IMG/VR virus record: IMGVR_UViG_3300028129_000011
DNA from: an uncultured virus (IMG/VR IMGVR_UViG_3300028129_000011)
Lineage: Duplodnaviria; Heunggongvirae; Uroviricota; Caudoviricetes
Reading direction: 5' to 3' (one strand)
DNA length: 64,000 nucleotides
Under the pieces are notes generated by a model that made no database searches, was not told the DNA's origin, and was given only the letters and a program-made list of their open reading frames with translations. This document shows positions 60,301 to 64,000 of the stretch, piece by piece. The translations under genes and the position numbers were made by a program. Each line of letters starts with the position of its first letter. Within the stretch, counting starts at the first letter, position 1.

Positions 60301-60851
60301 GTGCATTAGACGATAAAAAGTTAAATATAGTTAACGGTATGTTAGATGGTATTATTAGAGGTACTGGAGTTGGTGGTGCAATATTTACTGTAGTTAAAAA
60401 CTCTGGTTTAAGAATATATAAAGAATCTAATAAGAAAAGACCTAACTACGAATCAGTTGTTGATGAAGCTTTAAAAATATCTCCACCTATATCATCAAAG
60501 ATCTCTAAATTAAAATCCGCTGGTAGAACTTTCACTTGGGATGCTAAAGAAATAAAAGGTAAAGGATTAGATATAACAAACCCAGCTATTGGCGCTAGTG
60601 CTAAGATATTGTCTGCAGGTACTAACTTACCTTTAGATAGGGTTGTTAGAAAAATAGAAAACTTAAAAGCTGCATCTGACAGTGAACTAGAAACATACAA
60701 GCGTTTAGCTTTAGTGTTAGGTTGGGGTAAATGGGAGTTAGGTATTAAAGATGAAAAGTGGAAAGATCCAAATGCAAAACCTAAAATAAAAAATAATACA
60801 AGAAAAATAAAACAAAGAAAAATAAAACAAAGAAAAATAACAATAAGATAA
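51372..60851 (+). CDS. Giant (3159 aa) multidomain ejection/polyvalent protein
   Basis: HEFLH zincin (~54090), sigma-2-like segment (~55040-55350), WC-containing PcfJ-like segment (~56700-57150), D..ExK nuclease (~58130-58185). Confidence 0.75.
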   Translation: MPKYKLSSGKFIIVKDDDVQDFLNSDIGKGATVVEEIATPVVTEDYVKTPGIDFDDYLKPAKTEDSASADPTVESKDMGSKLVDGSLEFKESNQQALLNYKKRTGKEAGSIMDLSDEDYETPLDKFKPVDYNKVVINGRKKIKNYADERVKLAKKLEIFSYDQFGATNEAVDYVKQGLKSFDKKVDNEVKNLELNDEFKLRNDALNQLIKDTGNTQATGEAVKDVGSEFNVLNVFRGASYYKDIEADEVISLNDEVEQSVLDKLDKRSLQKLAGGFYTLQEKENLINESKSSIIDTRIKTYKDNLDKATFNVESKLDNNKKKLKELESFINPLENREDLTQEEANNYNDAVNQYNSILAESKNIVKEYNEYKTIETQKVESLEGEFGFDVAKGVLRNNFKLTDKVEKFREKYSGEGFWNGAADILGGEVLQGFYQTMKKATVGSVTWAMANSADLLTDQDSYSAYDAFSDVINNWSNKTLVPRSTSEEFDITKKEGGFKDFSARNYAKLGASMVPFTGYLISEVRKGKYNNIKQAIGDTYLKFGNKGKVLKDASQTLKNNIIMVDATFRATILDNQKEAEAKGFNGLKANSYATTVSATEAMVQMIMPDTQFLKGVKGKAILDNFTGSLKKAANKQAVISAGKEFTTNVLKEYGEEEINAFANMITDVSYGLALPKTSDFLNEQIQLTAGTLMLSGSMGLVGAANTYSNQKKLVYNQIHENINSLNTHLLEIARKSKNIEVKDDIVKAMKFAKDVSQAIESSPENVTSDQIDLLIKKKNLIDKKSKTDKSFHVAIDKSINEINEKIEAGSIRENVRNKFDADIKNISKSLNSSGTRVDETIVFEDSDGRTAAEKMKEKLLELGKSEEFAEANKNSYGAFIVDKNGKELLIVNKEAAVANSVVSTGQHEFLHKLLRSRFKNKPEELKKAANLLKEEVESINKKTGQGYDFISRLKTYEEDLAEGNLSESGYYEEVFTLFSEALSSKDIKINKSTIGKIGDFIRQSFQNAGFKKIKFNNADDVKNFIIDYNKAYSKGKIKGSLAGKTKSFAIGSSISLSKSVEQIQKEIIALEEQYDEQTIDYYDFENRMDILEAELEKAKKAPKETQVKPVKKSTQLSVQDIKDQIEQLDEDLYSGVIDDIDYEQRLDLLEERLKQAELRATNPKKAQENQDKIVKQSIDKFKKEVSEETVSDKNKKIAKINEDIANEMLELGANQVSDIEDPIKRKQIIDKLGRNNLGAVTNLTKRAAAAGKNLAIDDNLKIGYDEFFSGFSEELSALIKSYKVEVDGKRVPFGAYMNKNLPLRYGQILDNALKGRIEGSKSLDVQAGEKGYAGSIIADRAADFDATTSAEMGLPVDDLIDVTTFRKVKDKVETIKESIDLTDVDLDNLTYRKIQDDYSGQVGAELIGMWDRNAKPEADQDRNDFQKLAERIEGTRTLNYGKDTGGEAEVRAMQGLFLDYNDAVKFIKTMPEFNVAPFETTIDEQGRSIDLTEDARGYSTGISNKLLKEFYEPYIDPKSKSSDKGTKSRAITSPSGRGKGKTSQVAKVYRLKPEYRGKISRQTVQELQKKIGITPAGEAFIPMKGKNRTEFGTALQGLTKMYATNVANTIIRKKIVEEGLSSERKTPEKLLADIGGGKSSIMFSRAADLGLNVPFETPQLGNVLFSKKARAEYESVLRNKRPDLENPREQVDELIKWGDALNVKENKKAKYKKLALYYMANGFVIMPEDGYKVVEAIRLGEANKVDPYTVKNPNELIERYQAKTKGARINPDEVEQFSNKKALKEGVVVYDVEDSKKGQLALRKVIDTNWGYKANPWCLAARSDGADYIETNEAESREEAEEMIADYKEAGYHAKIEGTYTHKGKEIFEIAVSEIDKDPEKLSQAFKLWKSYNEEGNGFKIAFQNGKLISFRDGDKMEWWDRMDRGSVNIPLKPLDKSKKQHLKNLNEEKQMDPETGEVFISKRITENTIDGGAIEKITYVANPDTRELIINERSKKLEIKENILETEEQKYDENGRLIEEINTIADESKGTHVETTINTRYDKKGDVTGTYKTINTLGEKFYQSERIFNDENNVYIKLIELADAKVFFENSVYLYKESNGKVIEEIDNRKKYGFDENEFLDSVVNVSFSTSALADVLITDILKREYGYNKKGKLPKIKGNKKELNKIITNLLNINNFEDEEAFNDYVETLLPMQRDIVKRVFEGRYWMFGLYSDEKAANNGIKYEKLIRKAIKESGVKGVSVEFSEGGFSSGTDLVLTIKGKNINIELKLNRKAQFGSFMVKQEGDKYIYTSGISGLQQSLPDLHEEIQNQLKSEKYKKAVKEYINKGRSLAQKLGVYFKYNEDTNTLKTTKQVFEQLATDGYLKKTNLTIRKDSKGNLLNEDLINTLYNNKDVYYIEIGGKGLYYLKENKDNLNIPKLEGNTSLVIRNTYNQIGKTGIYQSLLRGFIKLDSDIVDSNISFADVDSIKENLQDISGTSFSKGRLDAEFNKIIENKTGILATDEISEVKAKMIANNKRSFNIFIPPSAEDFVGLLYATLGKGKVGEKQMMFYDRTLIRPYARAMQAITRDRIDLGKSFNKIRKQFNATPKDLKKKVPNSLFTKEQAVRIYIWDSIGKEVPGLNVEEVNELANYVADNKELRDFADQVMRLNPGSAYTSPGETWTTGTITTDLLETLNESRRAKHLGRWQQNVDEIFSKENLNKLEAAYGTSYRKAMENMLTRMKTGRNRTYGTDSQTAKWIDWVNGSVGTIMFLNARSAVLQTISAANFINFGDNNVFAAGKAFANQKQYWSDFAFLMNSDYLVERRDSLKININEADIAEAAQKKGARGAINYLLKLGFTPTKFADSFAIASGGATFYRNRLNALIKKGMDPAAAEKAAMRDFIEKSEESQQSSRPDKISQEQAGPLGRVILAFANTPAQYARIIKKAASDLKNRRGSDKENISKIIYYGLAQNLLFNALQQAIFAVAFGDEEDEGALDDKKLNIVNGMLDGIIRGTGVGGAIFTVVKNSGLRIYKESNKKRPNYESVVDEALKISPPISSKISKLKSAGRTFTWDAKEIKGKGLDITNPAIGASAKILSAGTNLPLDRVVRKIENLKAASDSELETYKRLALVLGWGKWELGIKDEKWKDPNAKPKIKNNTRKIKQRKIKQRKITIR
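51552..51611 (+). promoter_or_regulatory. Candidate -1 ribosomal frameshift signal
   Basis: GCA AAG, 6-nt spacer, stem 51564-51575/51585-51595, loop GGATCC pairing with GGATCC 51606-51611. Confidence 0.65.
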
Positions 60852-60855
60852 TGTT

Positions 60856-61618
60856 ATGAAATTAAAAGGTTGGGTTATAATAGCTTTGTTTGCAGGTTGG
60901 AATACTTTAAGAGTTTTTAGAAAAAAATTAGAAAAAATGTTTAAAAGATTAAAAAATATCTGGTCACGTAGTGATTCGCAACCTACAGAAATAACTTTAT
61001 CTTTAGCGAATATATTTTTAACCCATGTTGCAATTGGTATTGAGTTTGGAGGTAATTATGTCTTTAGAGTGGTAATACTATTAAGTGGTATATATCAATT
61101 ATATTGTGTATCAAAAGAAGAAATAAACTGTAGATTAAAAGCTTCGGTTTTTTCATTTGCAGTTTACTTAATTTCAACTGTTATTTATATTAAATCTATT
61201 GGACTTCCAACACCTACTCATTATGGGTGGTTAGTTCTTTGCTTTGCATCCTTCGGTAGTATGCGTCGATTAATATTAGAAAAAATACATAGACAAAAAG
61301 TAAATAATGGATAACATCACACAAATTATAATTACACTTGTAACAGTAGCTGGTTCAGCTGGAATATGGAAGTTCTTAGAAGCTCGCTTAAAAACAAAAG
61401 CAGAAAATAAAAAAATAGATTTACAAAACAACGACGGTATACAGTATAGAGACGACTTAAAACATAGAGTAAAAAATCTTGAAGCTTTGCTTTCTGAGTC
61501 TAGTAATGATAAAGATGAACTACGTAATCAAGTTTTAGAACTGACAGCGGAAGTTAATGCTTTGCGTGTTAAAGTAGAGTTTCTTGAAAAAGAAAACGAA
61601 CGCTTAAAAAATAAGTAA
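60856..61618 (+). other. Two membrane proteins of the lysis region (60856-61314 multi-TM; 61307-61618 TM + coiled coil)
   Basis: Hydrophobic segments; adjacent to the endolysin. Confidence 0.6.
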
Positions 61619-62004
61619 TGAAAATAACAGAAAACTTTAATCTTAGTGAGTTTCAATGTAAGTGTGGTTGTGAGATGCCTTATACTGTTGAAAAAAATAT
61701 AATTGAACTTGCTGATAATTTACAAATATTAAGAAATCACTTAAACAAGCCTATAAATCCAACAAATGGCTTTAGATGCGCTACACATAATAAAAGTGTT
61801 GGAGGAGTTAAAAATTCTCAACATATATTAGGTAAAGCTGCGGATATTAAAGTTAAAGATGTTTCTCCTAATGAAATAGCTGACGCTATAGAGTATTTAA
61901 TGGAAAGTGGTAAATTTAAAATGGGTGGAGTTGGTAGATATAATACATTTACTCATGTAGATATACGTGGTAGTAAAGCTAGATGGAATAAAACTAAAAA
62001 ATAA
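61618..62004 (+). CDS. Endolysin, peptidase M15A family
   Basis: NF.LSEF.CKCG, FRC..HN..VGG..NSQH..GKAADI, THVDIRG. Confidence 0.88.
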   Translation: MKITENFNLSEFQCKCGCEMPYTVEKNIIELADNLQILRNHLNKPINPTNGFRCATHNKSVGGVKNSQHILGKAADIKVKDVSPNEIADAIEYLMESGKFKMGGVGRYNTFTHVDIRGSKARWNKTKK

Positions 62005-62186
62005 TGAAAACAAAAAAACAACAAAATTTCAGAGCTTTAATGGATAATGAAGCTAGATTAAAAGCATTAGGTAAAGGAATCAACAGTCCTTTTAAGATGA
62101 AAAATCCTTGCTGGAAAGGATATGAAGCTATAGGTATGAAAACACTTAAAGGTAAAAAAGTACCAAACTGTGTACCTAAAAAATAA
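62004..62186 (+). CDS. Small basic protein
   Basis: SPFKMKNPCWKGY...GMK...GKKVPNCVP. Confidence 0.7.
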   Translation: MKTKKQQNFRALMDNEARLKALGKGINSPFKMKNPCWKGYEAIGMKTLKGKKVPNCVPKK

Positions 62187-62233
62187 AGGAGCAAGATAAA
62201 ATAGGCGTACCATACCTAACGTTCCTAAATAAG

Positions 62234-62261
62234 AAAGGGCCCTAATTGAGGACCCTTTTTT
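62234..62261 (+). terminator. Rho-independent terminator of the late arm
   Basis: AAAGGGCCCT-AATTG-AGGACCCTTTTTT. Confidence 0.7.
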
Positions 62262-62360
62262 AGTATAAATATGTATAGCACAATACTTGTATGTATGAAT
62301 TATTCAATTTTTTATACAGATTAGTTGTTGTATGTATAAAAAAGTCATAACTTTTAGCCT

Positions 62361-64000
62361 TTAACCGTCACAGCTTAAACAGCTTTCATCCATAGCTTGT
62401 TGAGCTATATCTCCACGTAAAACACTTTCTGTTCTAGTATAATACAAAGTTTTAACACCTTTTTTCCAAGCTTCAAAATGAACTTTATTAATCCATTTAG
62501 GAGTAGCTTCTGATGGAAAAGCTAAATTTAAACTTACAGATTGATCAATATATTGTTGACGAATACCTGCTTGATTAACTAACTCTAACTGATTGATTTC
62601 TTTAAACGTTTTAAAAACATCTTTAACTTTATCATAATCAGTTTCTTTTAAATCAGGATTGTCAGATATTTTAGTTAATTTTCTATTAACATAACCCCAA
62701 TTATCAAGTTCTTCAATATCTTGTATACTACCTCCGTCAGCTAATATCTTGTCCCAAACCTGTTTAGTATTAATACCTATTTTTCTTAATACTTTAGTTA
62801 ACTCTTTATTTTTTCTTATAAACGTCCCTTTGGCTGATTGTTCTGTGAAAACATTAGCAGCCCAAGGCTCAATCCCAGGAGAAACGTTACCAGATAATTT
62901 AGAGTTAGATACAGTAGGAGCAATCGCACGAAGATGAGTATTACGCATGCCAGTACCCACACACCATAAAGGTTCTCCATAAATTTCAGCAAGATCCCTA
63001 GAAGCTCTTTCGCTTTCAATTTTGACCTGCGAAAAAATCTTCCTAGTTTCAAACTGCGCAAGTAAGCCTTCAAAAGGTATACCTCTTTCTTGGAGATATG
63101 TATGCCATCCAAGTACTCCCAAGCCCAAAGCACGCCCTTTTGTTGCTGATCTAACACTATTCTCGAAACCTCTAAGTCCTTTTGCTCTTTGTATAAATTC
63201 TTCCATAACACCATCAAGAAAGTAAATGGCGTCATATATAAGGTTAGTATCTTTCCATTCGTCATATTTTGCTAAATTTAATGATGATAAACAACATACA
63301 AAACTATGTGACTCATCTGTATGTAATGTAATCTCAGAACATATATTTGTCATATGAACTTTTAATCCATTGTCTTTATATGCTTTTGGATTTGATTTAT
63401 TAGTGTTTCCTTTAAATAATATATATGGCTCTCCAGTTGCTTTTCTTTTTCTAAGTAATTTACTCCACTTAGTTCTTGCTTCTGCATCTCCTTGTTCAAG
63501 TTTTCGCATAAACTTATCACCAATAACTGCACACTGGTGTAAATTAAGCGATTGTCTATTAACGTCGCCTTTAGGTTCTCTAATTTCAAGCCACTCTTCA
63601 AAATCGTCGTGCTCAATGTTAATATTAACCGATGCAGCTCCTCTTCTAACTGATCCTTGATTAGTTGCGAGGATTGTTGAGTCATATATTTTACAAAAGG
63701 GTACAACCCCGTCTGATGTTCCATTTCCTGTAATTTTAGCGCCGGCGGGTCTAATTTGATTAACTCCAATGCCAACTCCACCCCCGTGCTTAGCGAGTAG
63801 CATCATCTCTAAATTTTTACCACCTATATCTTGGATTGAGTCAGCAACGTCGATACCAAAGCAACTAATAGGTAAGCCACGATCTGTACCAGTGTTGGAA
63901 AGTACCGGAGAAGCAAGGCAAAGCCAACCATTCCAGATATAATTAAAAAAGTTTTCAGCCATCTCTGGCTTATATAATCTTCGAGCAACTGTTTTAGCGA
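62361..64000 (-). CDS. nrdA: Ribonucleotide reductase class Ia alpha subunit (5' end beyond the window; allele 2)
   Basis: TNICSEI, CCLSSLNL, RALGLG, IAPTVS, YIDQSVSLN, KTLYY, CLSCDG. Confidence 0.95.
   Translation of the reverse strand, partial: AKTVARRLYKPEMAENFFNYIWNGWLCLASPVLSNTGTDRGLPISCFGIDVADSIQDIGGKNLEMMLLAKHGGGVGIGVNQIRPAGAKITGNGTSDGVVPFCKIYDSTILATNQGSVRRGAASVNINIEHDDFEEWLEIREPKGDVNRQSLNLHQCAVIGDKFMRKLEQGDAEARTKWSKLLRKRKATGEPYILFKGNTNKSNPKAYKDNGLKVHMTNICSEITLHTDESHSFVCCLSSLNLAKYDEWKDTNLIYDAIYFLDGVMEEFIQRAKGLRGFENSVRSATKGRALGLGVLGWHTYLQERGIPFEGLLAQFETRKIFSQVKIESERASRDLAEIYGEPLWCVGTGMRNTHLRAIAPTVSNSKLSGNVSPGIEPWAANVFTEQSAKGTFIRKNKELTKVLRKIGINTKQVWDKILADGGSIQDIEELDNWGYVNRKLTKISDNPDLKETDYDKVKDVFKTFKEINQLELVNQAGIRQQYIDQSVSLNLAFPSEATPKWINKVHFEAWKKGVKTLYYTRTESVLRGDIAQQAMDESCLSCDG

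Noticed and set aside
51372..60851. crAss-type virion RNA polymerase in the giant protein (DVDLD near 55520, ADFDA near 55395)
   Set aside because: No G-x-D-F-D-x-D catalytic context or other double-psi barrel motifs were visible
3904..63660. Antisense ORFs in the track (e.g. 3904-4086, 8479-8751, 29694-30002, 53744-54049, 63370-63660)
   Set aside because: They are shadows of well-supported genes, Ser/Leu/Phe-rich and without start context
1..64000. tRNA genes, integrase, stop-codon reassignment
   Set aside because: No cloverleaf or recombinase motifs were noticed by eye; long genes are intact under the standard code

Overview
This is a near-complete (~63.6 kb), AT-rich, apparently lytic phage genome. 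The host is probably a Bacteroidota/Flavobacteriia bacterium (A-rich starts without Shine-Dalgarno sites, GNVGIGT-repeat fibres), and the terminase/portal/capsid/tail module resembles that of crAss-like podoviruses. The minus-strand arm (19.4 kb to 1, plus 64.0 to 62.4 kb) holds small early genes, a sigma-70 factor, ERF, exonuclease, SSB, primase-helicase, a dCMP-type thymidylate-synthase homologue, NTP pyrophosphatases and class Ia RNR; I recognised no DNA polymerase. The plus-strand arm (19.7-62.2 kb) holds fibres, GroEL/GroES, packaging, capsid, tail, a 3159-aa ejection-type protein and lysis genes. The window ends overlap through two diverged (~83% nt) alleles of the nrdA 5' region. Most notable hidden structure: (i) a -1 frameshift signal (A_AAG plus H-type pseudoknot) near the start of the giant gene; (ii) a sigma-region-2-like domain, zincin, PcfJ-like and PD-(D/E)XK modules in that giant protein, separated by xFS[K/R] linkers, together with 12 copies of a non-host early promoter; (iii) several +1-frame overprinted ORFs inside scaffold, nrdB, nrdA and terL; (iv) the first 11 codons of nrdA repeated three times around a GIY-YIG cassette; (v) a 43-bp palindromic element (3 copies) and a polarised 9-mer (11 copies). 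All calls come from reading motifs by eye; no searches were run.
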